Shown piece after piece: positions 9,568 to 19,548 of a stretch of DNA of 64,000 nucleotides. The DNA is from Escherichia phage ph0011: the sequence record OP557969.1. One strand, 5' to 3'. The translations under genes and the position numbers were made by a program. Position 1 is the first letter of the stretch; each line of letters starts with the position of its first letter. Under the pieces are notes generated by a model, which worked only from the letters and a program-made list of their open reading frames with translations, was not told where the DNA came from and did no database searches.

Positions 9568-10010
9568 TGTCATTACAAAGTGCTCTTGAAAAAGCAAAAG
9601 AACTTCATGCATATATTGAAGATATTAAGGCTGGGAAGTTCGAAGAAATATACAAAGCCGAGAATGGTAACTACTACAAGGATAGTGATTTTGCTACAAC
9701 TACAGTTATTCTTGGGTTGAATTCCAAAAGTCCAGTAGACTTTTCTCAATACAATCCAGATGCAGAATTTATTAGTTATGCTTATGGTGGCGAAATCCGT
9801 TTTTATAATCGCAGCAGACCTTTAAAATTGAACTTTGAAGTACTGAAAGGTCCGTGGGATAGTGAAGAGTACTACTTCCAGAATAGAACTTTGTATGATG
9901 ATGAAGTTCTAGATACTTTAGTTATTATGTGGTACTTTAAAAGTATTGATAGTACAAGATTTTATTTGGATTATGAATATGTACGTGAAGTTTATAAGGG
10001 TAAACGATGA
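9567..10010 (+). CDS. FQ-family paralog (long form)
   Basis: TAATG overlap; N-terminal MSLQSALEKAKE; core GPWDSEEYYFQNRTLYD...WYFK. Confidence 0.7.
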   Translation: MSLQSALEKAKELHAYIEDIKAGKFEEIYKAENGNYYKDSDFATTTVILGLNSKSPVDFSQYNPDAEFISYAYGGEIRFYNRSRPLKLNFEVLKGPWDSEEYYFQNRTLYDDEVLDTLVIMWYFKSIDSTRFYLDYEYVREVYKGKR

Positions 10011-10321
10011 AATTCTTATACAATATTCAGTACATTCCGGGTACAATTAGTTTAATGTATTTCTTCGACCATGATAATTTCCAACATCTTGCAGTTAGGA
10101 GATGTAATGAATCTTTAATGATCGAATATCTTCACGATTGTGATTATCTTCCTGACTTACTTGAATGTGATTACAGAGATGAGCATGAATCATTTCTGTT
10201 TCAGGAATCACTTGTATGGGACAAGAGAATAAATTTTTATGTTTTACTTGAGATACAAAAACAAGTAAAGTACTACTGGGATTACTTAATCACCCAAGAC
10301 TATATAGAGATTGAAATATAA
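10007..10321 (+). CDS. FQ-family paralog (short form)
   Basis: ATGA overlap; core HESFLFQESLVWDKR. Confidence 0.65.
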   Translation: MKFLYNIQYIPGTISLMYFFDHDNFQHLAVRRCNESLMIEYLHDCDYLPDLLECDYRDEHESFLFQESLVWDKRINFYVLLEIQKQVKYYWDYLITQDYIEIEI

Positions 10322-10764
10322 TGTACGAAAGTGATCTTAAGCACGCTGAAGAATTAGTTAATATAGTAAAGTTCTTTCAAAATAATGTAAAGTACTTAGA
10401 CTATAAAGGGGCTTATATTAGTACTATAAGTGTTGGTACAGATATTCTAGGATTAGGCAATGAATATAAGTACGAGTCCCATGATTATGACTTGGAATTC
10501 AAGTACTTCGTATGGGATTCTGGAACTTTCTATTCTATAGATGAAGATGGCAAATATTTTGAATTCACAGAAGAAGAAGTTCTATTCTTAAATTCAGAAG
10601 ATGCTTACTTTCAATATAGTACTATATACCCAAACGCGGCGTTAAGAGCTTTAGTAGTTTTTAATGCATTTCTGAAAGAGAACTTTAACAATTCTATATT
10701 CATTGATTTAGATTATGTATATGAACTAAATCAGGTGATATATATGGAGTCCAGAAAAGAATGA
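10321..10764 (+). CDS. FQ-family paralog
   Basis: TAATG overlap; core SEDAYFQYSTIYP. Confidence 0.65.
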   Translation: MYESDLKHAEELVNIVKFFQNNVKYLDYKGAYISTISVGTDILGLGNEYKYESHDYDLEFKYFVWDSGTFYSIDEDGKYFEFTEEEVLFLNSEDAYFQYSTIYPNAALRALVVFNAFLKENFNNSIFIDLDYVYELNQVIYMESRKE

Positions 10765-11216
10765 GTTATGAAAGTGCACTAAAAAAGGCTAATGATATTC
10801 TACGCGTTGTTCAGTTCTTAAAGGACTATCCTGTTTATGTAGATGATGAACGCAGAGAAGTTTCTAATGGCACGAAGATTACAATTGATTCTTTATTTGA
10901 CACTAGCAGCAACAACTGTAGTACTATTGAATTAGCATACGATTATATTTCATTGAACAGAAAATATGATGAAGTTACGATAGAGCGTCATGAGGATGAA
11001 GAATCTTTTAAAATTTCTGATATTTTATCCCTGAGTACTGAAGAAGGGTACTTCCAGGGAAGTACTCTTTATAATGAAGAAACACTTGACAATCTATGTA
11101 CATTTAGTGTACTATATCAGAAGTCAGTACTGGATATATTTTATCTAGACACTGAAAAACTTGATAGGTTAGTTGATTTCGTTACTATAGAAGAGGCATC
11201 CTTTGAGAAAAATTAA
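10761..11216 (+). CDS. FQ-family paralog
   Basis: ATGA overlap; N-terminal MSYESALKKAND; core TEEGYFQGSTLYN. Confidence 0.65.
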   Translation: MSYESALKKANDILRVVQFLKDYPVYVDDERREVSNGTKITIDSLFDTSSNNCSTIELAYDYISLNRKYDEVTIERHEDEESFKISDILSLSTEEGYFQGSTLYNEETLDNLCTFSVLYQKSVLDIFYLDTEKLDRLVDFVTIEEASFEKN

Positions 11217-11739
11217 CATTAATGATTATGATGCATTACAAGATTTATCAAAAAAGATTCGCACTATCGTACCAGTACTGAAGAAATGCAGTACTGGATT
11301 AATCGATCCTAGTACAGTTATTAGTGAGAAGTACAATTTTCATAAACTGTTACAAGGGAATGGTGCATTCCAGAAGTGTGAGATACGTGAGACACACGTA
11401 ATTGATACATCATTGTTTTCTATTGGTGCACCTGTGTCGAATAATACTATTTTCCTAGACAACGCTGGAAATATTCAACAATTAACATTTAAGAAAAGGA
11501 AAAAGAACAATAACATTGGTGTGTATGCGATGAAGTGGGGTCAACCTGATTTGAAGCGTGAAATTCACATCCCTAAGTACAATTACAATGCATTTGACGA
11601 ACAGTGTTTTCAACTATCGTGTACTGACCCTGACTATGCTATCATTCAGTTCTATATGGAATTGCAGATTGCATTTAACAGTAATTTGTATATTAACTTA
11701 TTGGCGATGAACATCGATGAAGTATTCAAAAACATTTAA
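11203..11739 (+). CDS. FQ-family paralog (divergent), probable TTG start
   Basis: No in-frame ATG near 5' end; TTG at 11203 after GAAGAGG; motif FDEQCFQLSCTDP. Confidence 0.5.
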   Translation: MRKININDYDALQDLSKKIRTIVPVLKKCSTGLIDPSTVISEKYNFHKLLQGNGAFQKCEIRETHVIDTSLFSIGAPVSNNTIFLDNAGNIQQLTFKKRKKNNNIGVYAMKWGQPDLKREIHIPKYNYNAFDEQCFQLSCTDPDYAIIQFYMELQIAFNSNLYINLLAMNIDEVFKNI

Positions 11740-11935
11740 TCGAATTGAATACATGAGAACTGTGAGTGCAGTGTGGGACATATGGTTCACTACTAAACCA
11801 AAAATGGATTACCATGACTTTAAGCTATTGTTCTTCGTTGGCTCTAACAAACAGGATGTTGCAATGAAGGGTTATATTCAGCACTTACAGGAACTAATCC
11901 AGAAGAGAATATATGAAAATAATAGACCAAGATGA
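11717..11935 (+). CDS. small hypothetical protein, family B
   Basis: ATG ORF; motif DFKLLFFVGSNKQ; overlaps upstream gene by 23 nt, start uncertain. Confidence 0.45.
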   Translation: MKYSKTFNRIEYMRTVSAVWDIWFTTKPKMDYHDFKLLFFVGSNKQDVAMKGYIQHLQELIQKRIYENNRPR

Positions 11936-12104
11936 TATTGCTAAACTATTCAATATATATTCTTCTAAAATGATGCAAATCGACTCATATAGTACTGAAT
12001 TCAAAGAATTAAAAGTACTGATGTATTTGGGTACACAACATCAGGAACAAGTTGTTAAAGAATATATTGATTCATTACAGAAGGATATACGTTATGTACA
12101 ATGA
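11913..12104 (+). CDS. small hypothetical protein, family B
   Basis: ATG ORF; motif LKVLMYLGTQHQEQVV. Confidence 0.5.
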   Translation: MKIIDQDDIAKLFNIYSSKMMQIDSYSTEFKELKVLMYLGTQHQEQVVKEYIDSLQKDIRYVQ

Positions 12105-12648
12105 GCTTGACTTAGCATTTGAACGTGTAAAAATCTTCATTGAAACTTATCTTATGCACAAAACTATATTGAAAACAAAAGGAATATGGTTCACTGATAA
12201 ATTTCTTACTATGGCTAAGAGAGATGGAATGGAACATCTTTACTGTACAGATAGTGCCAGAATTTCAGTACTGAATTATGATGAAAGTGTATCATCTGGT
12301 ACTAGTTTAATTTCGACATATAATGATAATATTACTAGTATTATGTATACTAAAAATTGTTCAAATGTTTCTGTATATAAAAACTGTGATAGTTCATTAT
12401 CGTACAATATCGATCAGTACTTTTATCCTAATACAGAAGAAAACATCTTTCAAAATAGTCTTATATTGGATGATACATCTAATAAATGTATATATCTTTA
12501 TAATAAATTAAAAGAGTACATTGATAACAGTTCAATTAGAACTAATACATTCAGTGTTTCTGTTTTAAATTATAATAAGGAAGATGTGTTTTATTATACA
12601 GAAATTGAAAGAATACATACAATGTATAAGGAACTACTATGTTATTAA
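12094..12648 (+). CDS. FQ-family paralog
   Basis: In-frame ATG at 12094 after GAAGGA; core TEENIFQNSLILD. Confidence 0.6.
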   Translation: MYNELDLAFERVKIFIETYLMHKTILKTKGIWFTDKFLTMAKRDGMEHLYCTDSARISVLNYDESVSSGTSLISTYNDNITSIMYTKNCSNVSVYKNCDSSLSYNIDQYFYPNTEENIFQNSLILDDTSNKCIYLYNKLKEYIDNSSIRTNTFSVSVLNYNKEDVFYYTEIERIHTMYKELLCY

Positions 12649-13241
12649 ATGCAAATAAATGTTGTAGTGCTGATGTTCATGTATATTTTAAGAAATTAGT
12701 CAATGATATCATCTATATGCAAGAAATCATTTATCACAAAAGAATGGACTTAGAAAAAGCATTAGCTCAGTTCTCTTTTAATCTAGATGGTGATATATCT
12801 TTAGATGGTGATGGGTTACGTATAACATTAGACAGCAATTCCAATAGAGTTTTCTTTTGGATAGATAATAAATTATGTTCCTCAATTTGTCGCACTTTTT
12901 ATAACCCTATTTCGGACTTGTATCAATTGGTTTATTCGAAAGGTGCGGTTGAAGCATCATATGGTGATAGTTTTGCACTAGGGAAGTCCATTCCATATAT
13001 GCAAACATTTGATATTGAATTAGTCAGTACTGATGAAGATGTAATGTTCACAAATGATCTAACGATGCAGCGTGAATCTGCAATGAGATATATAACAAAT
13101 TCAATGCATACCTTCTTTAAAATAGCAGAATTTGATAATGTATATATATCAAATGTAAATATTTTCACTGACTTGTGTCAGTTTTTGAGAAATATTTTTG
13201 ATTTTGATGAAAGATATTCTAAGTTTTATACTGAGGTTTAA
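12639..13241 (+). CDS. hypothetical protein (possibly a divergent FQ-family member)
   Basis: ATG ORF 200 aa; only a weak motif-like segment DEDVMFTNDL. Confidence 0.55.
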   Translation: MLLNANKCCSADVHVYFKKLVNDIIYMQEIIYHKRMDLEKALAQFSFNLDGDISLDGDGLRITLDSNSNRVFFWIDNKLCSSICRTFYNPISDLYQLVYSKGAVEASYGDSFALGKSIPYMQTFDIELVSTDEDVMFTNDLTMQRESAMRYITNSMHTFFKIAEFDNVYISNVNIFTDLCQFLRNIFDFDERYSKFYTEV

Positions 13242-13246
13242 ATCAA

Positions 13247-13606
13247 ATGAATACCATTAGTATTACGTACTACACAACTAAAAAATACGTTTGTTGTTTA
13301 CTTTCTTTGAAGACTAATGATGATATGTTCAATAATGTGGCATATACATTAGAATTGTCAGAAGATGGTTTTCAATGTCATGAAGCATACTCAAATACAC
13401 GTGAAGATACAATTGATACTACGCTCATGCAAGAGGATGAATTATTTCAAGAAAGTTTAGTATGGGATAAAAAGTACTATTGTGATTTTGATTTTCTATG
13501 TTTAATCCAGAAAGAAATGAAAAGGATCTTCGACAATTATCCAGTGAAGAGATTAAGTTCTGGACCAGAGCAGTACAGGAGGATGATATTCCGATATGAA
13601 GACTAG
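13247..13606 (+). CDS. FQ-family paralog (short form)
   Basis: ATG after GAGG; core QEDELFQESLVWDKKYYCD. Confidence 0.7.
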   Translation: MNTISITYYTTKKYVCCLLSLKTNDDMFNNVAYTLELSEDGFQCHEAYSNTREDTIDTTLMQEDELFQESLVWDKKYYCDFDFLCLIQKEMKRIFDNYPVKRLSSGPEQYRRMIFRYED

Positions 13607-13931
13607 ATTAGTAAAAGTAATGTATGCTACACATATTAAACTACTTCTTGTGAAATTTGATTATAATAAAAAACACAATGAGTTTTATACTTTAATTCGT
13701 AATGAAGAATCATTTTCATTGAGATGTAATAATATACCAATGAAAATAAACGATTACACCACATTAGATGAGGGAGAACTATTCCAAGAATCATTAGTTA
13801 TTGATAGTAATATAAAAATAGATATAGAAATTATTAAGCAGTACCAGACGTTATTAAACAAAATTATGAATTGTTATCCCTGTAGAATAGAAGGTAATAT
13901 GCAATTTAAATCGAAAATGTACGAGTTGTGA
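13596..13931 (+). CDS. FQ-family paralog (short form)
   Basis: ATG ORF; core DEGELFQESLVID. Confidence 0.65.
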   Translation: MKTRLVKVMYATHIKLLLVKFDYNKKHNEFYTLIRNEESFSLRCNNIPMKINDYTTLDEGELFQESLVIDSNIKIDIEIIKQYQTLLNKIMNCYPCRIEGNMQFKSKMYEL

Positions 13932-13938
13932 GGTTTTT

Positions 13939-14475
13939 ATGTTAGATAAAATAATCAATACTGGAACACCATACAACCATCTTAAGTTGGATACATTTGA
14001 GTCAGCATTAAGTACTGCCCAAGATATAATTGATATTATTAAGTACATTAAAGAAAATAAGATAAAATGTTTAAAAAAGATAAATCATTCAATGTACAAA
14101 GATGACGACATTCATGTATCAGTTCTAAAGCCAAAAGATAAAGTAAATGGGAGAGATTTTTATAATAATAGTGGACAGTATGAATGCGAATATGACCCAG
14201 AATTTCGTGGCGGGTTCATGTGCTACAGTAAAAATGACACATCACATATTGAGATACGTACAATAAACGGTGGTATAACTAGATTGGAGTTCATTGATAT
14301 AGTTTTAAATCAGGAAAATTACTTCCAACAAACATTAATTTATCCTTCTTATTATGTAGGAGTACTATTCATGTACAAGTACTTCTATGTGCACTTAAAT
14401 GAAGATTTCTATATAGACTTAGAAGATTACCAATTAGTATGGGAAGAAATGATAGAACTTCGCAATAACACTTGA
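13939..14475 (+). CDS. FQ-family paralog
   Basis: ATG after GAGG; core NQENYFQQTLIYP. Confidence 0.65.
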   Translation: MLDKIINTGTPYNHLKLDTFESALSTAQDIIDIIKYIKENKIKCLKKINHSMYKDDDIHVSVLKPKDKVNGRDFYNNSGQYECEYDPEFRGGFMCYSKNDTSHIEIRTINGGITRLEFIDIVLNQENYFQQTLIYPSYYVGVLFMYKYFYVHLNEDFYIDLEDYQLVWEEMIELRNNT

Positions 14476-14501
14476 CCCCCACCAAATCTTTGTGATATAA
14501 T
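14472..14501 (+). promoter_or_regulatory. sigma70-like early promoter with extended -10 (TGTGATATAAT)
   Basis: TTGACC-N18-TATAAT with TG two bases upstream of the -10; intergenic. Confidence 0.5.
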
Positions 14502-14534
14502 CTCTTTAAATTAATTGTAAAGGGTTATATCGCA

Positions 14535-15008
14535 ATGTCACCAGACCTCAATTTCGATAATGCACAAAAAATCGCACAATATATCATTAAACTTCATAAG
14601 TTTCTCATAACAGTTAAAGAGGATATAATTCTACCCAAAGGTAAACTTTATGTGGGCAAAAATTATTTGTCATATCGTGGAAATTTATTGTATACTACAG
14701 ATGAAAATTTCTGTGGTATTCGTGTAATTGACGATGTACCAACAGGAAACTTTATCTCATATTGTTTCCGTACATCTAGTCGTTTTAAGTACTATCATCC
14801 TAGATATGATGATGAACATGACACATTTGATGTTAGGACAGAAGAAGATTTTTTCCAGAACAGTACTTTACACGATGAGAGAATTGTGTTGAGTTCTACA
14901 ATTTTTACAGTTCTTAAAGATGAACTCAACGACGCAAATGATAGATTCTATATGGATTTAAACTTCGTAGATGAAATTATGGAGTACATGGAGACGAATG
15001 GTTTATGA
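14535..15008 (+). CDS. FQ-family paralog
   Basis: ATG after AAGGG; core TEEDFFQNSTLHD. Confidence 0.7.
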   Translation: MSPDLNFDNAQKIAQYIIKLHKFLITVKEDIILPKGKLYVGKNYLSYRGNLLYTTDENFCGIRVIDDVPTGNFISYCFRTSSRFKYYHPRYDDEHDTFDVRTEEDFFQNSTLHDERIVLSSTIFTVLKDELNDANDRFYMDLNFVDEIMEYMETNGL

Positions 15009-15475
15009 TTACAACAACATATGATTACGATGGTGTTTTGGAATTTGCATCTAACATTCATCGCATTGCTAAGGAGTTCAGAAGTCCCGAACCGTTTGGT
15101 GGAATGTTCCATTATGACATGTTCAGTTCACCCAAAGGAAAACTTGCCTATAAAAATAATAAGGGTAATCAAGTATATGCTGAAATCTTTGACGATAATG
15201 ACTTTCACTACAAAGCCGAATACATTTCATATTGTCCTGGGTCTGATTTGAAGATTTATATTGATAGGGATAAAGAAAATGTATTTGTTCCATATACTGA
15301 TTTAGTCTTCATGTCAGAGGAAATGTACTTTCAGGAATCATTGATTCATGATATAAAAGTTCTTAATGCTATATTATTATATGGTACACTACTTAATTAT
15401 TACAAATACAATCAAAGATTCTTTTTAGATTTAGAAGTATACTATATATGCGTGGATTATTTGAATGCAAAATAA
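15005..15475 (+). CDS. FQ-family paralog
   Basis: ATGA overlap; core SEEMYFQESLIHD. Confidence 0.7.
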   Translation: MITTTYDYDGVLEFASNIHRIAKEFRSPEPFGGMFHYDMFSSPKGKLAYKNNKGNQVYAEIFDDNDFHYKAEYISYCPGSDLKIYIDRDKENVFVPYTDLVFMSEEMYFQESLIHDIKVLNAILLYGTLLNYYKYNQRFFLDLEVYYICVDYLNAK

Positions 15476-15827
15476 GAAAACAATTCAGTACATCACTGAT
15501 GGCAATGAATACTTTGCTTCAAGATATGAATTCAGTGAGGGTCATTTCGTAACTTATATACCTGAATATAATCAGTTTTATCTCCAGATTTACCAAAAAG
15601 ATTCCAATATAAATGAATTATATACCGAAATAAAAATCCCAGATTATAGTACTTTATCAGAAGAGGAATTGTTTCAGGAGAGCACGATCAGTACTGAAGA
15701 TGTATACGAACTAATTGAATATCAGAAGGTACTTAAATATTTCCATAAATCACATGATATAGAAATGGATATGGTTAAACCGTGGCGTTATAATACATAT
15801 GAGGTAAATTATGTTAGAAATGATTAA
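15465..15827 (+). CDS. FQ-family paralog
   Basis: ATG ORF; core SEEELFQESTIST. Confidence 0.65.
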   Translation: MQNKKTIQYITDGNEYFASRYEFSEGHFVTYIPEYNQFYLQIYQKDSNINELYTEIKIPDYSTLSEEELFQESTISTEDVYELIEYQKVLKYFHKSHDIEMDMVKPWRYNTYEVNYVRND

Positions 15828-16224
15828 AATCATACAACGCTGTCTTGTTGACAAATATGGTATATATGGATATAGTTTAAGTGCTCCTATTGACAAAAAC
15901 AAAACAACCTATGTAAGCTATAATGCAGTGCGTGGGTTTGATATATTCATTAGTACTAATCATCAAATTAAACAAGCTAAAGATGTGTCTATGATGGCCC
16001 CTGACGAGTTGTTTCAGTACAGCTTAGTTCTTCCTACATGTATCGATATACATCGTCTAGGAGCTATACAGAAGGTTTTACGTGAACATAAAATACTACC
16101 TAATAAAATTACACACATCCCAGAAACAATCTTCAAAACCATAGAAGTAGAAACCCCTGATTATATGTTAAGTGATGATGAGTTCTACGAGAAGCACTTC
16201 CCTGGTAAAGTTTGGAGAGACTAA
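15811..16224 (+). CDS. FQ-family paralog
   Basis: ATG after GAGG; core APDELFQYSLVLP. Confidence 0.65.
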   Translation: MLEMIKIIQRCLVDKYGIYGYSLSAPIDKNKTTYVSYNAVRGFDIFISTNHQIKQAKDVSMMAPDELFQYSLVLPTCIDIHRLGAIQKVLREHKILPNKITHIPETIFKTIEVETPDYMLSDDEFYEKHFPGKVWRD

Positions 16225-16691
16225 TGAACCGAAAGTACAGAGAAACTATGAAGTTCACTAAGGAGTGTTTAGAGGTAGTTGATTTCATTTTCGATAACAA
16301 AGACTCTCTGGGTCATCACTTCGTAATTACAAAGAAAGAAGATAAGAGATACAAGTGTCAAAGACTAGGATACAGTATTGAGTTCTCCTTAATGAGTGAT
16401 GGAATGATTAACTCCTTATATGAATGTGGGAAGACTGATTACATTTCATTTAGATCATGGAGTGATAATATAATGTTCTTGAGTCCTAATGGAAGTAAAT
16501 ATCCATTTCTTAATGATTTATCAGAAGAAAGTTACTTTCAAAATAGTTTAATTTACACAGAAAAAGAACTCAAGATGCTATTCATTATGTCGTACTTTAA
16601 AAAGTACTGCAAATTTAAATTATTATCTTTTGAGATTTCATCAATGAAAGTATTCATTAAAAATGTAAAAGAATTAAAGAGGGTTTTTTGA
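16224..16691 (+). CDS. FQ-family paralog
   Basis: ATG at 16224 (TAATG overlap) after GGAGAG; core SEESYFQNSLIYT. Confidence 0.65.
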   Translation: MNRKYRETMKFTKECLEVVDFIFDNKDSLGHHFVITKKEDKRYKCQRLGYSIEFSLMSDGMINSLYECGKTDYISFRSWSDNIMFLSPNGSKYPFLNDLSEESYFQNSLIYTEKELKMLFIMSYFKKYCKFKLLSFEISSMKVFIKNVKELKRVF

Positions 16692-17233
16692 TGTACATAG
16701 AAAATGATAATGTAAAATGCATTTCTGACATTTGTATAAAATTAATGAAAATTTTCATTAACCCAAAATACAAGACTCGTTTATTACGTCATAACATTGA
16801 TGAACATTGTGTAATTACTATTTTAGGTAGTATGCTTGATGTAAAGTACGATGGAAAAATTCTTTTTGGTATAAGAGAAGAAAAGATTGAAGATTCCTTC
16901 TTTACTCCTAAAGATAAATTTGAACCTTCTGATTATAAAGTAATTATTCGTGATGATACACTATACATTAGTAGTGATTATTCCAACTTTTTGGACCAAA
17001 TATATACTGAAAATGTTGACTACTATCATGAATTATTAGATTTACCAAAAACTGACATAGATATGGAGAGAATTAAATTTTCATTATCATATAATGAGTT
17101 CTTAGGTATACAAACATATTATTCACTCAAAGGAAAGATTCCACCTTCTATGTATATAAGGATTGAGATTGGTAATGTATTCAATGAAAAAGTTCTATCA
17201 ATTGCTGATAAAATATTGAGGGTTGAATTATGA
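16691..17233 (+). CDS. hypothetical protein
   Basis: ATG at 16691 overlapping upstream TGA; 180 aa; no clear FQ motif. Confidence 0.55.
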   Translation: MYIENDNVKCISDICIKLMKIFINPKYKTRLLRHNIDEHCVITILGSMLDVKYDGKILFGIREEKIEDSFFTPKDKFEPSDYKVIIRDDTLYISSDYSNFLDQIYTENVDYYHELLDLPKTDIDMERIKFSLSYNEFLGIQTYYSLKGKIPPSMYIRIEIGNVFNEKVLSIADKILRVEL

Positions 17234-17802
17234 ATATTATGAATTTTACAAATTACCAATTTCATAGGCTTGAATTTCGTCATTGTGTTGCATTTGCAAA
17301 AACATTGATGTGTATCATTGACACTCTTTCAAACAAATCATTTCTAAAGGATAATGATTTATTTCTGAAAAAAAATCGTGTGGCATCATCCGATGTCGGT
17401 GTCGAACTATATGTTGAGATCAGTGTTGATACGGAAGATAGTTCAAGAGTGGGGTGTATTGGCACTATTGGTACACATTGTTTTACATGGAATCCAAATA
17501 CAAGTCAAGTTCGTATTGATAGAAACAATTCACGTTGGGTTAATCTTAGTACTGAACCCGATTTAGAATCAGTAATGTTTCAGTTGAGTTTAATACACGA
17601 ACCTAATGAACTTCTTTATATTATTGTATTCAGTTATCTTTCACAAAATTACGATAAACCAACAGGGTTTTTCATAGAATCGGATATAGATGAAATTATG
17701 GAAGAGATTCCTAGTTTAAAGCATATTTTAGTACAGAAAGATTTCTATGAAGACTTCAGAGATTTATATGACATGCACTTAGGGTTATTTAAGAATGGAT
17801 AA
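17230..17802 (+). CDS. FQ-family paralog
   Basis: ATGA overlap after GAGGG; core LESVMFQLSLIHE. Confidence 0.65.
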   Translation: MNIMNFTNYQFHRLEFRHCVAFAKTLMCIIDTLSNKSFLKDNDLFLKKNRVASSDVGVELYVEISVDTEDSSRVGCIGTIGTHCFTWNPNTSQVRIDRNNSRWVNLSTEPDLESVMFQLSLIHEPNELLYIIVFSYLSQNYDKPTGFFIESDIDEIMEEIPSLKHILVQKDFYEDFRDLYDMHLGLFKNG

Positions 17803-18313
17803 AGATGGTATTCTAATTAGACTAATTAAGAGTTTGATGAAGTTCACAAATAATGATGTCGATACATACAAAGTTGGGGATATTGAATTCAAATCATTTG
17901 GTATGTACGGTGAAGCCAAAACATATTATGCATCAATAAAATTACAAGAATCACACGAAATGTTAATATCGTTATCATACGAAGATGTTGACCCAAGATG
18001 GAGTTCCAGTATCTCGTTATCGAGAATGGTAATTCGTAATAATCACCGATACATTTCGTCAAGGAATACTCCTAACTTGTTTGATATTGTTTTGAATGAA
18101 AATACCAACCCTATATCTAAACATGATATCGTACCTTTAACTGATGAAGTTCGTTTTCAGTTGAGCACCATTTGTGACGAAGATGTAATATCATGTATGA
18201 AAATTTACGAGAAGGTTGGGAGTGATATTCCCATGAACTATTACCTAACCATCGATGGAACGTACATCCGAGATGATGTTCTTGTGTACATTGACAGTGT
18301 TTTACCAAAATAA
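17795..18313 (+). CDS. FQ-family paralog
   Basis: ATG ORF; core TDEVRFQLSTICD. Confidence 0.65.
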   Translation: MDKDGILIRLIKSLMKFTNNDVDTYKVGDIEFKSFGMYGEAKTYYASIKLQESHEMLISLSYEDVDPRWSSSISLSRMVIRNNHRYISSRNTPNLFDIVLNENTNPISKHDIVPLTDEVRFQLSTICDEDVISCMKIYEKVGSDIPMNYYLTIDGTYIRDDVLVYIDSVLPK

Positions 18314-18334
18314 AGACCCGTATGGGTCTTTTTG
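18313..18334 (+). terminator. rho-independent terminator
   Basis: AAGACCC-GTAT-GGGTCTT hairpin followed by a T-run, immediately after the stop at 18313. Confidence 0.6.
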
Positions 18335-18344
18335 TGTTTTAGGC

Positions 18345-18373
18345 TTTACATAAGCATTCAGGTGTGTTATACT
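18345..18373 (+). promoter_or_regulatory. candidate sigma70-like promoter
   Basis: TTTACA-N17-TATACT upstream of the ATG at 18401. Confidence 0.4.
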
Positions 18374-18400
18374 TGATTTTAAATAAAATTGGAGGAATAT

Positions 18401-18964
18401 ATGAGTACTGAATTAATTAAAGAAGTCACATTACTTCTGAAACATTGTTTTAAGTACATTCCTGATACTGGTTCACGCCAGTACATTAAAGTTAATGAGA
18501 AATATAACATTAATGTCTTAAAGAATGAAACCGTTAACAGTTATGCAAACATTGAGTTAGATGTTGAGGACAAATACACAGCATTACACATCATTTCGTC
18601 AGGCGATAGAAAACAAGATTATCGTTCTACATTTTATGATGAGAGTGTTACTGTTGGTTATAACTTTCATAAAAATAAAATTGCGTACAAGAATACATAC
18701 ACACATGAAGTAATTGAAGAGTACAATTATAAAATTAAAAAAGACGAGTACGATGTACTTTTATTCAATGCGAACCTCATACATAATGCTTGCACAGTTC
18801 GCAATCTTATGTTAGCATATGAAATTCCAAAGGTGATAGAAAGAAATGAATTGATAATCTTCAAAACTATTTTAAAATTCAGTACAGAAGAATTAGAAGA
18901 ACTAGTACTGGCTCTTAAGATGTTCATCAATGAATATGTGCCTGTTAAATTAGAGGACTTATAA
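18401..18964 (+). CDS. FQ-family paralog (divergent)
   Basis: ATG at 18401 after GGAGGA; C-terminal region LLFNANLIHN...LMLAYEIPK parallels downstream paralog (IFQRSLLNN...LMLCYEAAK). Confidence 0.6.
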   Translation: MSTELIKEVTLLLKHCFKYIPDTGSRQYIKVNEKYNINVLKNETVNSYANIELDVEDKYTALHIISSGDRKQDYRSTFYDESVTVGYNFHKNKIAYKNTYTHEVIEEYNYKIKKDEYDVLLFNANLIHNACTVRNLMLAYEIPKVIERNELIIFKTILKFSTEELEELVLALKMFINEYVPVKLEDL

Positions 18965-19548
18965 TGCAAGCTGAACACATTCAAATTATGAATTTGATGC
19001 ATGACATTGCGGAACTATCTGATAAGTACGATATTACTGTTCATGAGTCTATTGGAAATTATCGACTTAAAGTTGAAAACAAATCACCACATCGTTTTGG
19101 TTCTGTGACACTGGAGTCTTATAAAGATTACGGTTATGGAACGGCAAAAAAGGGTTTCTGGGATACTATGGCAATGTATATACGTACATCAAGACGTAGA
19201 GAACAAATCGGTTCAATTACGCCAAATATGATATTTGTCAATGCTGTACACAGTGATATTAATCGAATTGTTGAATCTAATTTTGGTGACGTTGAGAACG
19301 ATACATATTTGGAAATTCCACCAGAACTAGACCAATGTGAAGACATTCGTGAAGCATACATTTTCCAGAGATCATTACTTAACAACTTCAATGAGTTTCA
19401 GTACTTGATGCTTTGTTATGAAGCTGCAAAAGCTATTAAGACTGGTGAATTGGTAATGTATAATAATTTCATTAACTGCAAATCCGATACACTTAAAGAG
19501 TTACACACTGCCATCAAAAACATCAAGGATACATATGAACGCTTATAG
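18964..19548 (+). CDS. FQ-family paralog
   Basis: TAATG overlap after GAGGA; core REAYIFQRSLLNN. Confidence 0.65.
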   Translation: MQAEHIQIMNLMHDIAELSDKYDITVHESIGNYRLKVENKSPHRFGSVTLESYKDYGYGTAKKGFWDTMAMYIRTSRRREQIGSITPNMIFVNAVHSDINRIVESNFGDVENDTYLEIPPELDQCEDIREAYIFQRSLLNNFNEFQYLMLCYEAAKAIKTGELVMYNNFINCKSDTLKELHTAIKNIKDTYERL

